Of a stretch of DNA of 64,000 nt, positions 9,851-18,075 are shown in pieces. The notes beneath the pieces were generated by a model that saw only the letters and a list, made by a program, of their open reading frames with translations, had not been told where the DNA came from and searched no databases. Made by a program: the position numbers and the translations under genes. The DNA is taken from the IMG/VR virus record IMGVR_UViG_3300042400_000593; one strand, 5' to 3'. Every line of letters begins with the position of its first letter. Position 1 is the stretch's first letter. The stretch is from a virus. Taxonomy: Duplodnaviria; Heunggongvirae; Uroviricota; Caudoviricetes.

Positions 9851-10744
9851 TTACGGCGCAACATAAAATGCAACATCAGTTGTTTCTAATACAGCGACAC
9901 CAGTTAACTGGATTGCAAAGTCTGCGACTGTATTGGATGTTGTACTTCCGTATAAAATACTTGTATCAGTATCAAACCAGACTTTATGAGCAGCAGGAGA
10001 GTTATCAGAACTGAAACCTAACAAGGTAGTAATACCACTTAGATCAATCTTATCTTTTTGTGAGTGATTAAAATCAGTGATTACATCACGAGTAGCATTA
10101 GTATTAGTTGATGTAATTGAATTAGCAAATACAAATGTATCAGAACCTAATCCGCCAGTTAACTTATCTAATATCATAGTACTTGTTAAAATATCGTTAG
10201 CTGCTGATGTTTGTTTGCTATATGTAATAAATCCAGTTGATTTTGTTTCAGATTCTGCATATCCTAATTTATCAGTATAAGACACTGTTAAATTGATATA
10301 ATTATACGAATTTGCATAATCAGCCGGTTTTACTTTATAGGTCATTTTATCGCCTAACGTCTCTCCAGCACTGTTTGTCCATTTATAAGACAACGTTCCT
10401 AATCCGTCTGCATCTTTAAGACTAGTTGCTGCAGTTAAGGTGTTACCAACGGTTGTTGCACCATTAATTGATACGGTGCCGGTATGAACGTGATTAAAAA
10501 TATGAGATGTAGTTGATGTAGTCGGAGTTCCATCTGAATGAACATATAATGCAGTTACTGAAATATCAGTTTTAAGATCGGCTGCAGTTAAAATATAAGA
10601 CGAATTAGTTGATAACACAGTATTACCACTTTTCCATTCATATGTAAGATTGTATATGCCATTGCTATCTGCAAGTGTTCCCGGAGCAACAGTTAATGTA
10701 CTACCTGCAGTTTTTTTCCCAGTGATTTTTAATGTTCCTGTCAT
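9851..10744 (-). CDS. Small RTX-associated / type I secretion-type extracellular protein
   Basis: Two Ig-like repeats (TGTLKITG..., TGTVSING...), LTGGLGSDTF and RDVITDF...DKIDLS serralysin-type C-terminus. Confidence 0.7.
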   Translation of the reverse strand: MTGTLKITGKKTAGSTLTVAPGTLADSNGIYNLTYEWKSGNTVLSTNSSYILTAADLKTDISVTALYVHSDGTPTTSTTSHIFNHVHTGTVSINGATTVGNTLTAATSLKDADGLGTLSYKWTNSAGETLGDKMTYKVKPADYANSYNYINLTVSYTDKLGYAESETKSTGFITYSKQTSAANDILTSTMILDKLTGGLGSDTFVFANSITSTNTNATRDVITDFNHSQKDKIDLSGITTLLGFSSDNSPAAHKVWFDTDTSILYGSTTSNTVADFAIQLTGVAVLETTDVAFYVAP

Positions 10745-10894
10745 AGTTTTCCTTATTGGTGTATTTGTTAATAAAAGTGTAGTTGTTCTTTTGTGTCAGG
10801 TACAACTACTAAACCCCGTGAGAGCAGCCCATTCCAGTCATTTCGCTTCAGCCGACGCAGAGTACTTAAAGTAAGTGCTGGATCTGCAGAATTG

Positions 10895-12307
10895 TTAGAC
10901 CGCGTAGCGATCGTTCATAATTGTTTGTAACATAATTGCTTGTGGAGTAAAGTCATCCATATCAGCTGCAAGTACACTTGTCATAATACTTGGACTAAAT
11001 CCACTTACTAATGCTGCACCTTTTGCATTATACTTAACTGGCACATTGTCATGTGAGTTTAAGTTCCAAAATACAACTTGTGGTACTGTATACCCTGCAT
11101 CTTCATACTTACGACGAATCATTTTTATTGCAGAATCATCATGTGTTACACAAGCATCAAATTGCATATCAGATAATATTAAAAGTATCTGTGGCATTTC
11201 TTCAACAGGTACATTACCATTAACTGCAACTTCTAAAATCTTAGAAAAAGCTGCATGTAAGTTAGTGCCCATTTGCCAATCACTTTTTGACATCTGCGCA
11301 TACTTCTCAACTATATTACCTTTTAGTGTAACTAACTCTGGTTTAGAGCTAAATGTTAAGAATGTGTCTTTAAACTTACCAGCATTTTTATCTGCTAAGT
11401 ATATTCCTAAAGATAATGAAACATCCATACATGTAACAGTTTTGCTTTTACCTGCAGGACAGCCCATAGAACCTGATACATCAACTAATGGTAAAATACT
11501 TGCATCACCGACATAGTTAGGTAACGCGTCCCATTGTGCAATAATGTGTTGTTTTTCAAGTAGTGATGGTTGAGACCACCAACCACCTAACCCCTTAACA
11601 ATTTCATATGGATAGATCGCACCTGCGTTAACTTTAACAGTTGGATCATCACCTTTAACTAATTTAGCAATGTATTCAGCATACTTATCAGTGTGACGAG
11701 CAAATGCTTTTTTGTAGCGTGAAGAAGCTACAGATGGAACATGGCTAAAGTTAATAGCGTCCCATTGGTTAGCACACATTTGTGTTTCAACTACTTTAGT
11801 AAGTGAAACAAGTGTTTTGCGATAACGTTTTGGAGACCAACCTAAGTAGTTACGTAATTGTACAGCAGTATCTCCTTTACGTGGAATCCATTTAGCAGCA
11901 AGTCCATTTTGCGCTTCTAATGCATCTTTAATTAATCCAAATGCATAGTCCTTTAAGTTTTGTGTTTTGAACACAAGTAAGTCATCGTAGCGACCGAGTT
12001 CAGGAACTTTAGCTGCAAGTTTTTTAGCAGCATCTGGATCTGAGTTTTCAAGATGTAATAAAATATCTCTAAACAACTGACGTTCACCTGCACCGCCACG
12101 TACATCACGTACCCAAGCTGCAATACGTAATGCAAGATCTCTATCTTCTACATAAGCAGCAACAAACTCTGGGGTGATGTTTTTCCCACGTGATGCACCT
12201 GCCTTAAAGAAGAGATCAACTAATGCACTTGAGGTTGATTTACGTGCTTTCATACCGTTTTCAGTACGTGCTTCTTGATTTGCTATTGCTTCAATAAATG
12301 TTGACAT
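10895..12307 (-). CDS. DUF2828-type TROVE-like helical protein with C-terminal vWA domain (Ro60-related)
   Basis: RDVRGGAGER, GRYDDL, LAAKWIPR, VPS.A..RY..AF.RH, DVSGSM MIDAS, SDMQFD, FWNL. Confidence 0.85.
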   Translation of the reverse strand: MSTFIEAIANQEARTENGMKARKSTSSALVDLFFKAGASRGKNITPEFVAAYVEDRDLALRIAAWVRDVRGGAGERQLFRDILLHLENSDPDAAKKLAAKVPELGRYDDLLVFKTQNLKDYAFGLIKDALEAQNGLAAKWIPRKGDTAVQLRNYLGWSPKRYRKTLVSLTKVVETQMCANQWDAINFSHVPSVASSRYKKAFARHTDKYAEYIAKLVKGDDPTVKVNAGAIYPYEIVKGLGGWWSQPSLLEKQHIIAQWDALPNYVGDASILPLVDVSGSMGCPAGKSKTVTCMDVSLSLGIYLADKNAGKFKDTFLTFSSKPELVTLKGNIVEKYAQMSKSDWQMGTNLHAAFSKILEVAVNGNVPVEEMPQILLILSDMQFDACVTHDDSAIKMIRRKYEDAGYTVPQVVFWNLNSHDNVPVKYNAKGAALVSGFSPSIMTSVLAADMDDFTPQAIMLQTIMNDRYAV

Positions 12308-12435
12308 ATTATTCTCCTCAGTTTATGTTGTGTTTTGTGCTGTTAATAAACTTATTGTTTATGCTGTGTATTATACACTAAAAAAAGTATTTGTCAACTA
12401 TTTTTTAGAGAATAAAAAACCGCGTATTAAGCGGT

Positions 12436-12606
12436 TTATTCTTCTTCAAATTCAAATTCCCAACCTTCTGGCATGTTACTTCCTATCCAGTTAGCTTTTT
12501 CTAATGTAATCTCACCGGATGCTAATTTTTGTTGAGTTGTTGCAAAAATTTCTGCAAGATTATCTGGGTCAAGTGTAAAAAATACATCGTCGTCTTTATC
12601 GGACAT
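12436..12606 (-). CDS. Small acidic hypothetical protein (56 aa)
   Basis: MSDKDDDVFFTLDPD...EFEEE*; GAGG RBS. Confidence 0.6.
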   Translation of the reverse strand: MSDKDDDVFFTLDPDNLAEIFATTQQKLASGEITLEKANWIGSNMPEGWEFEFEEE

Positions 12607-12639
12607 AATATACCTCTATAAATTGTTAGTGGAAGGAAT

Positions 12640-12782
12640 AGCAGGATAGTTTGGGCGTTTAGTTGTTTATTTTACAGTCGAGCATTGCCCCTCGACTGAT
12701 GCTTGCACAATGACTGCTAGTGCAAGCTAATTAGAAAGCTAGTTCTTAGACCAGCAAATTCTGTTTGCTGAACCTATCCTAT
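12640..12782 (-). ncRNA. Y-RNA-like bulged-stem RNA, copy K
   Basis: 5' AGGATAG-GTT-CAGCAAA ... CTATCCTG 3' enclosing several hairpins. Confidence 0.6.
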
Positions 12783-12786
12783 TTTT

Positions 12787-12890
12787 AACGGTATAGTAGT
12801 TCTTACTTTTTTTATACTAGGTAAAGAGTCCTAGGGTTGTCTGTGACACCACAGACCAGCCATAGTTGTGTTGCAGTATCTATACCAAAC
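12787..12890 (-). ncRNA. Y-RNA-like bulged-stem RNA, copy L
   Basis: 5' GGTATAG-ATA-CTGCAAC ... CTATACCG 3'. Confidence 0.6.
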
Positions 12891-12892
12891 TG

Positions 12893-13501
12893 TTAACCAA
12901 CTTTCATTACAAAGTTGATTATAAATCTATTTTTATTAAATCTTGGATTTGATGAAGCATGAAATCTATCTGATTCAAAAATTACTGCTCTGTTTCGTTT
13001 AGGTGTGACACGTTGATTAAGTGTTAATTGGGTTGGTGGTTGTCCACTAACTGGATCCCAGAATTCATTAAACAAGAATGTATCGCCGTCTGAATCGTTT
13101 ACATAGTAAATCATACTGTAATGAGATCCAGTTTTATCATCAGTATGTGGAAAATTATAATGATCAGCTGATGCATTTGATTGTTTTAATAATAAGTTAA
13201 CTTTAACTCGATCAACAGAACAAATATCTTTTTCAACGTGTTCACCTGCAGTAAATACTACTGCTTTAAGTCTTTCAAAATAATCTTTAAACTTAGATTC
13301 TTCAGTATATGACGAATTTAATAATGTACAAACAAACTGTCCATAGTCTTCACAATTGTCATCTATAACAAATGATACATCACCGTATTGATCAGCTGAT
13401 GATGTTTTTTCTTTGTATTTGTACATTAATTCAGTTTCAAGTTCATACTGAATTTGATTAGCATACATTATTGGTAAAAAATTATCAATTACTTTAATCA
13501 T
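12893..13501 (-). CDS. 2OG-Fe(II) oxygenase
   Basis: PHTD...YYVNDSDGDT...PKRNRAVIFES..FHAS...R..INF. Confidence 0.85.
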   Translation of the reverse strand: MIKVIDNFLPIMYANQIQYELETELMYKYKEKTSSADQYGDVSFVIDDNCEDYGQFVCTLLNSSYTEESKFKDYFERLKAVVFTAGEHVEKDICSVDRVKVNLLLKQSNASADHYNFPHTDDKTGSHYSMIYYVNDSDGDTFLFNEFWDPVSGQPPTQLTLNQRVTPKRNRAVIFESDRFHASSNPRFNKNRFIINFVMKVG

Positions 13502-13776
13502 TAACCGGTACGTTGAATTAAATGCCAACCAAACTGAGTTTGTACTGGTTTACTAAAGTTACCAATGCCTAACGAAAATGCTGCTTCTTCAAATGGTTGA
13601 ACCATTTGTCCTCGACCAAATGCGCCTAAGTTTCCACCACTTTGACCACTTGGACATTTACTATTGGTTAATGCTAACGCACCGAAATCTGCACCTTCGT
13701 TAACAATTTTATTGTATAAGTCATTTGCTTGTTCTTCAGTTTCTACTAAAATGTGTTTTGCTTGAATTGATGTCAT
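13501..13776 (-). CDS. ppiC: Parvulin peptidyl-prolyl isomerase
   Basis: AKHILV, SKCPSGQSGGNLGAF.RGQMV.PFEEAAF, VQTQFGWHLI. Confidence 0.95.
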   Translation of the reverse strand: MTSIQAKHILVETEEQANDLYNKIVNEGADFGALALTNSKCPSGQSGGNLGAFGRGQMVQPFEEAAFSLGIGNFSKPVQTQFGWHLIQRTG

Positions 13777-13787
13777 ATTATTTCTCT

Positions 13788-14357
13788 TTAAAATTCGTAA
13801 TATAAGTTAAAAGTATTAATACCGGTTTCTAATTGATTATTTTGAAAGTCAGTTTTCTCATTATATATAGGAGTTGATGCCATTTCTTGTAATGAGCTAA
13901 CTTCATATGTCCACCACTTGCTAGTTTGACGATATGGAGTTCCGTAGGAGTCAAATGGAATCTCAATAGTTGATCCGCTGTTTTCGTATGCAAATCTTGG
14001 AATTACAAAATAATAAAACTTATCAAAAATTCTATCATAAACTTGTACACGTAATCCGCCAGTTTTATTTTTAAAAGAACTTATAGGAGCACTATAAGTA
14101 GTATTAAAGTTTCGACGTCTAACTGTAACCATTTTGCAATCAGAACCATCGGATAAATCTGCAAAATCTTTTGATATTACAGTTTGTCCTCCAAGATTTG
14201 CTACTGCATATTCTAATGCAGTTGATACTTGAATTAACCCGTAACTTTGCAAAATACCAAAAGTTTTTTTGCACATTTCTTCCCACTGTGGAAGAAACTC
14301 TTTAATATTATCAAGATGTGCATTTTCTAACTCAAGATTTTCTAACTTATTTGCCAT
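13788..14357 (-). CDS. Hypothetical protein, possible nuclease; paralogue of 41627-42247
   Basis: Shared KNKTG.(L/I)R...Y...FY...IP...(I/V)EI..D...KW pattern. Confidence 0.6.
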   Translation of the reverse strand: MANKLENLELENAHLDNIKEFLPQWEEMCKKTFGILQSYGLIQVSTALEYAVANLGGQTVISKDFADLSDGSDCKMVTVRRRNFNTTYSAPISSFKNKTGGLRVQVYDRIFDKFYYFVIPRFAYENSGSTIEIPFDSYGTPYRQTSKWWTYEVSSLQEMASTPIYNEKTDFQNNQLETGINTFNLYYEF

Positions 14358-14436
14358 ATGTTGCCTATATGTAATAGTTAATTGGAGCGGGAGACTAGTG
14401 TTATCTAGTATCCCTAAGTTATGTATAAATAATAGC

Positions 14437-15189
14437 ATGAATCTATTATTTTGTCAATGCTGTAATGCATCTTTTATTCCAAAAGCAGGATCTCTTGGAA
14501 AGTTTTGTTCTTTATCATGCTCGTCTCGGCATAATAACAAACTTAGTACTGAAAAGAAAATTTCTAAATACATGTTAAATCCTCTAGCATGCAACTGTTG
14601 TAATAAATCGTTAGCATATGAAAAACGTAAAAATAAATTTTGTTCTAATCGATGCGCTGCTATAGTTTCTAATAAGGTTGAACGAAAACGTGGACCAACA
14701 CCTAAAGAAAAACTACTATATTCAAAAGTAAAATTTTATTTATGTACACATACTAACAAGTGGTATGTAAATCGAAATCCTAACGGTACTGTGCGTCGTT
14801 CATCGCCATATATTAAATCCGAAAAAGAAAAATATTACGCTGCATCAAGATTTAAATTTAACGTGTATCACTTTCCTAACGAGTTTAATTTGTCTTTAAT
14901 CGAAACTCACGGGTGGTATACGTGCCCAGGTAAAAAACGATCAACCTTCCCTAAAAACTTATTAGGTGTAAGCAGAGATCACATTATATCAGTTAGCTAC
15001 GGATTTGCAAATAATATCGATCCTGCTATTATATCGCATCCTGCTAATTGTAGAATTGTTCTACAATCAGATAATAAGAAAAAACATTCTACTTGTGATA
15101 TAACTTTATCTGAACTATTACAAAAAATTATTATATGGGATCAAAAATACAGTGAGCGACGTACCGGGCTCGAACCGGTCTTGTTCTAA
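14437..15189 (+). CDS. HNH-type homing endonuclease with zinc ribbons
   Basis: Repeated CxxC/FCSxxC motifs, SRDHIIS...HPANC; TATAAATA at 14424-14431; 3' end runs antisense into tRNA-Gly. Confidence 0.75.
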   Translation: MNLLFCQCCNASFIPKAGSLGKFCSLSCSSRHNNKLSTEKKISKYMLNPLACNCCNKSLAYEKRKNKFCSNRCAAIVSNKVERKRGPTPKEKLLYSKVKFYLCTHTNKWYVNRNPNGTVRRSSPYIKSEKEKYYAASRFKFNVYHFPNEFNLSLIETHGWYTCPGKKRSTFPKNLLGVSRDHIISVSYGFANNIDPAIISHPANCRIVLQSDNKKKHSTCDITLSELLQKIIIWDQKYSERRTGLEPVLF

Positions 15190-15228
15190 CTTGGAAGGAT
15201 AGTGCCATACCTACTAGGCGAACGTCGC
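15155..15228 (-). tRNA. tRNA-Gly(UCC), no encoded CCA
   Basis: Acceptor GCGACGT/ACGTCGC, anticodon loop CTTCCAA, T arm ACCGG TTCGAGC CCGGT. Confidence 0.85.
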
Positions 15229-15251
15229 TCACTGTACTCTTTTTCTAAAAT

Positions 15252-15311
15252 AACTGGATGCATTTTAAATTTCATGGAAAGAAAGTTTAAAGTTGCAGTT
15301 AGCATCCAAAA
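15252..15311 (-). ncRNA. Y-RNA-like bulged-stem RNA, copy A (short)
   Basis: GGATGC-TAA-CTGCAAC ... GCATCCAG. Confidence 0.55.
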
Positions 15312-15331
15312 CTGTTGTATGCAAATACTAT

Positions 15332-15386
15332 AACTGAATGCATTAAATTCACCATTGAAAGTAATAATTGCTGTTAGCATTCAAAA
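15332..15386 (-). ncRNA. Y-RNA-like bulged-stem RNA, copy B (short)
   Basis: GAATGC-TAA-CAGCAAT ... GCATTCAG. Confidence 0.55.
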
Positions 15387-15409
15387 ACTATAGTATTCGC
15401 GTACTATGT

Positions 15410-15486
15410 TGGTCGGGATAACACGATTCGAACATGCGACCTGACCGCCCCAAACGGCCCGCTCTACCAAACTGAGCTACATCCCG
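15410..15486 (-). tRNA. tRNA-Pro(UGG)
   Basis: CGGGATGTAGCTCAGTTTGGTAGAGC...TTTGGGG...GTTCGAATC...CCCGACCA. Confidence 0.95.
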
Positions 15487-15574
15487 GTAATTTGTTTAAA
15501 CTGTTGTTTAACTAATGCGTGTATTATACATTGTTTTATGTATTTGTCAACTATTAATTAAACCTTTTTGTATT

Positions 15575-15659
15575 TGGAGCCAGGTAGGAGACTCGAACTC
15601 CTGATGGGTTTCCCCGACGGATTACAAATCCGTTGCAATGGCCACTATGCGAACCTGGC
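15575..15659 (-). tRNA. tRNA with UGU (Thr) anticodon and long variable arm
   Basis: GCCAGGT/ACCTGGC acceptor, ACGGA-TTTGTAA-TCCGT anticodon arm, CGGGGAAACCCA variable arm, CCA end. Confidence 0.85.
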
Positions 15660-15763
15660 AAATATAACTATTACTAAAACACTTGATATTTAGTGCTTTA
15701 GTAATAGCTATCATTTAAAAATGACAACTACTACACTTTCGTTAATGGAGAAAGTTTTCTGTT

Positions 15764-16067
15764 GTTTAATGGTGTGCTTTTACGCTAAAGACCTGTCTGC
15801 GACATCCTAATTAACTCTCGGACATGTTAAGTTTAACTATTAGGAAAAACATCCTTAACATTAGGGGGTACCTCCCTCATCCGTTTAATATAGCAATCAC
15901 TTTAGACTCGTAACAGCCATTAAGGCATATTGCCGGACTCTATATTAACGCAGTTACATACACTTACAGGTTGCTTTCGCACTGCCGTAAGTTTAAGTAT
16001 CACTTTAGCAAAGTTTGCGGGTCACTCTTTAAATGATGGCTGCTTATAAGCCTACATCCCAATAAAC
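15764..16067 (-). ncRNA. Structured RNA containing a 23S rRNA GTPase-associated-centre (H42-H44) mimic split by a 238-nt insertion
   Basis: GGATGTAGGCTTATAAGCAGCCATCATTTAAAGAGTG ... CGTAAAAGCACAC, closed by GTTTATTGG/CCATTAAAC. Confidence 0.7.
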
Positions 16068-16391
16068 TTATGTTAATGCAATCAATCTATCAATGTTTTG
16101 TTCCATTAATAGCTTGATTCTATCTTTATCAAAATTGTTATTTTGTAAACAGTTTTGATGTTGTAATCTAAACAAAGTTTCTTTTGCTTCGTCATATATT
16201 GATAATGCCCATATCTGCGTACCACAAAACCCACTTGCAGCTAACTTGATCATTTGCCATCCGTCACCTTTGATAAACGAATGTTTTCGTTCAAGTTCAG
16301 GACCAACATATTTTCTTAGAAACTCATGTGTATCTGATATTCTATTTTCATAGTCTTCATTATACATTACATTTCCATATATTACTAACAT
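16068..16391 (-). CDS. Hypothetical protein
   Basis: 107-aa ORF; (I)YDEAKETLFRLQH resembles the small-protein family at 27700-28805. Confidence 0.65.
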   Translation of the reverse strand: MLVIYGNVMYNEDYENRISDTHEFLRKYVGPELERKHSFIKGDGWQMIKLAASGFCGTQIWALSIYDEAKETLFRLQHQNCLQNNNFDKDRIKLLMEQNIDRLIALT

Positions 16392-16445
16392 TAGAAACCT
16401 TTGTTTAAATTGTTAAATGGGGTAACTGCCTTTACGGTAGCATCC

Positions 16446-17096
16446 TTATTTGTTATATGTTATTTTTCTACCTTTATACCATCCTTCTGGAATATTAGTA
16501 GTTTTAGGAATGGATTTATTTTCAATTCCGTTTGTAATCCACATTTTACCATATTGAGAATTTTTATTTCCTTTTTGATGAATAGAACTTTTTTCACCAA
16601 TAAGTTTCTTAGTATGTTCAGAATGTGTTTTACCATTAAATGTACCAGACCTACCTTTTAATGAATCTGATATTTTTTTAGATATTAACGCAGCAAAAAC
16701 TGGATCTTCTTTTTTGCGATTTTCAAGAGTAATTTTCCCTCGTGCAAAGTTATCTTTTACATTAGAAGTATATCCATTATTTCCATACAAATTCTTTTTA
16801 TTGTTGTTTATATAATCAAAGCCGCCACGACCGCCTATTTTAATATTATAAGTTCTAGTACTAGCAACAAATGATTCGTTTACTATTTCAGCTTCTTTAT
16901 CATACATTTCTTTTGAATTATTAAAAACATGCAATATTTGTTTACTAAACTTTTCAATACCGTATTTTATTTTAGCTCGATTTAAAATCTTACCTGATCC
17001 CATATAATCATCATTTATGTCTAATGTTTTATGACAACCTATATAGATTTTATTATTAATGATATTTGTAATTTTGTATATTATGTAATAAGTCAT
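16446..17096 (-). CDS. GIY-YIG homing endonuclease (Seg-like) with NUMOD3 motif
   Basis: IIYKITN..NNKIYIG.H...YMGSG; KTHSEHTKKLIG. Confidence 0.9.
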   Translation of the reverse strand: MTYYIIYKITNIINNKIYIGCHKTLDINDDYMGSGKILNRAKIKYGIEKFSKQILHVFNNSKEMYDKEAEIVNESFVASTRTYNIKIGGRGGFDYINNNKKNLYGNNGYTSNVKDNFARGKITLENRKKEDPVFAALISKKISDSLKGRSGTFNGKTHSEHTKKLIGEKSSIHQKGNKNSQYGKMWITNGIENKSIPKTTNIPEGWYKGRKITYNK

Positions 17097-17209
17097 GCAT
17101 TTAGTGTTAGTAAGGTGTTAACACCTTACTAATCCAATTATTCTTTTAGGATAATGATTTAACGTGCGGAACTTTTATAAAGCATCCTAAACCACACAAA
17201 CATACTAAT

Positions 17210-17284
17210 TGGCGTCGCTACGGGGAATTGAACCCCGGTTGCAAGGATGAAAACCTTGTGTCCTAACCACTAGACGATAGCGAC
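17210..17284 (-). tRNA. tRNA-Glu(UUC)
   Basis: GTCGCTA/TAGCGAC acceptor, CAAGG-TTTTCAT-CCTTG, CCA. Confidence 0.95.
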
Positions 17285-17290
17285 ATATAT

Positions 17291-17374
17291 TGGTGGAGAT
17301 CCCTGGATTCGAACCAGGTGCCCAGAGGGCATGGATTTACAGTCCACTGCAGTCGCCAATGCCGCTCGACCTCC
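17291..17374 (-). tRNA. tRNA-Tyr(GUA)
   Basis: GGAGGTC/GATCTCC acceptor, CTGTAAA loop, long variable arm, CCA. Confidence 0.95.
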
Positions 17375-17386
17375 GACGTTCTTTAT

Positions 17387-17620
17387 TTATACAAGTTCTG
17401 CATGATTAGTTGTAGTTGTGACTAAATCTAACACACCTATTTTTTTAGCACGATTTTCTAAAAGTACAATTCTGTTACGAATTTTATTTTTATCACGTCC
17501 ACGACCTGCTTTTTCAAGTGCTGTCTTAGCTTGAGCTAAGTTTAGCAATTTAAGTCTAGGTCTGCCATTACGTGTTACTTTTGGATCTGCAGTTCTATTT
17601 GCTTTACTGATGTTCGCCAT
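17387..17620 (-). CDS. Small basic hypothetical protein
   Basis: 77-aa Lys/Arg-rich ORF with GGAG RBS. Confidence 0.7.
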   Translation of the reverse strand: MANISKANRTADPKVTRNGRPRLKLLNLAQAKTALEKAGRGRDKNKIRNRIVLLENRAKKIGVLDLVTTTTNHAELV

Positions 17621-17786
17621 CTTGTGTTCCTTTATCTAAATTTTCGTTATTAGCATGACTGCCGTGTGAGTTTGAAATGATTTCTGTTTTGGGTTCTTCT
17701 TTCTTACCAAAAATCTTATCCCAGTTATCATCAAACTGAGATTTGCTAACGCTTAATGGTCTTGCTCTACTGCCTTTACCTGCCAT
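17604..17786 (-). CDS. Small hypothetical protein
   Basis: MAGKGSRARP...FDDNWDKIFGKK; AAGGAG RBS. Confidence 0.7.
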   Translation of the reverse strand: MAGKGSRARPLSVSKSQFDDNWDKIFGKKEEPKTEIISNSHGSHANNENLDKGTQDGEHQ

Positions 17787-17800
17787 AATAATCTCCTTTT

Positions 17801-17908
17801 GTTATATTAGAACACACTACAATAACGGAGTCGAACCGTATACTAAATTGCGATTTAGTAGTGAACCGCACTACGTTGATCAGACGCTGTAGTATGCTTT
17901 AATATAAC
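17801..17908 (-). ncRNA. tRNA-like RNA with extended acceptor stem (copy J)
   Basis: GTTATATTA/TAATATAAC closing stem, T arm ACGG TTCGACT CCGT, variable-arm-like and anticodon-like hairpins, no CCA. Confidence 0.5.
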
Positions 17909-17914
17909 AACTTT

Positions 17915-18004
17915 AACAGAATAGCTTGCTCACCATTGAGCATTATCGCTAAGATAGCAATAATGGAATCGAACCATTAAATAATTTGCTGTGACTATTC
18001 TAAA
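17915..18004 (-). ncRNA. YrlA-like RNA, copy C (permuted tRNA module)
   Basis: AGAATAG-TCA-CAGCAAA, T arm AATGG TTCGATT CCATT, closed acceptor ATTGCTA-tct-TAGCGAT, D arm GCTC AATGGT GAGC, 3' CTATTCTG. Confidence 0.75.
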
Positions 18005-18007
18005 ATT

Positions 18008-18072
18008 AACAGGATAGAATTTACTTTTAGATTAAGAGTCCAATGTAAATTGTTGCTGTTACTATCCTAAAA
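18008..18072 (-). ncRNA. Y-RNA-like bulged-stem RNA, copy D (short)
   Basis: AGGATAG-TAA-CAGCAAC ... CTATCCTG. Confidence 0.6.
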
Positions 18073-18075
18073 CTG

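Noticed and set aside
10855-10892. Minimal twelfth Y-like stem just downstream of the DUF2828 gene (GCAGA-TC-CAGCAC...TCTGC)
   Set aside because: Short, and could simply be a terminator-like hairpin; not counted, though worth including in a covariance-model search
14269-14436. Longer N-terminus for the HNH endonuclease
   Set aside because: It overlaps the divergent gene; a TATAAATA box just before ATG 14437 supports the shorter start
15785-16022. Classical group I intron as the insert in the rRNA mimic
   Set aside because: No clear P/Q/R/S core in the right order, and splicing after U with a terminal G would delete a conserved G; left as an unassigned insertion
15764-16067. Genuine 23S rRNA gene or host contamination
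   Set aside because: Only H42-H44 resemble rRNA, the flanks are phage tRNA and ORF sequence, and the match is interrupted by an insert
17107-17132. Perfect palindrome TTAGTAAGGTGT-TA-ACACCTTACTAA upstream of the GIY-YIG gene
   Set aside because: Consistent with known hairpin control of T4-type endonuclease genes or tRNA-operon processing; not novel on its own
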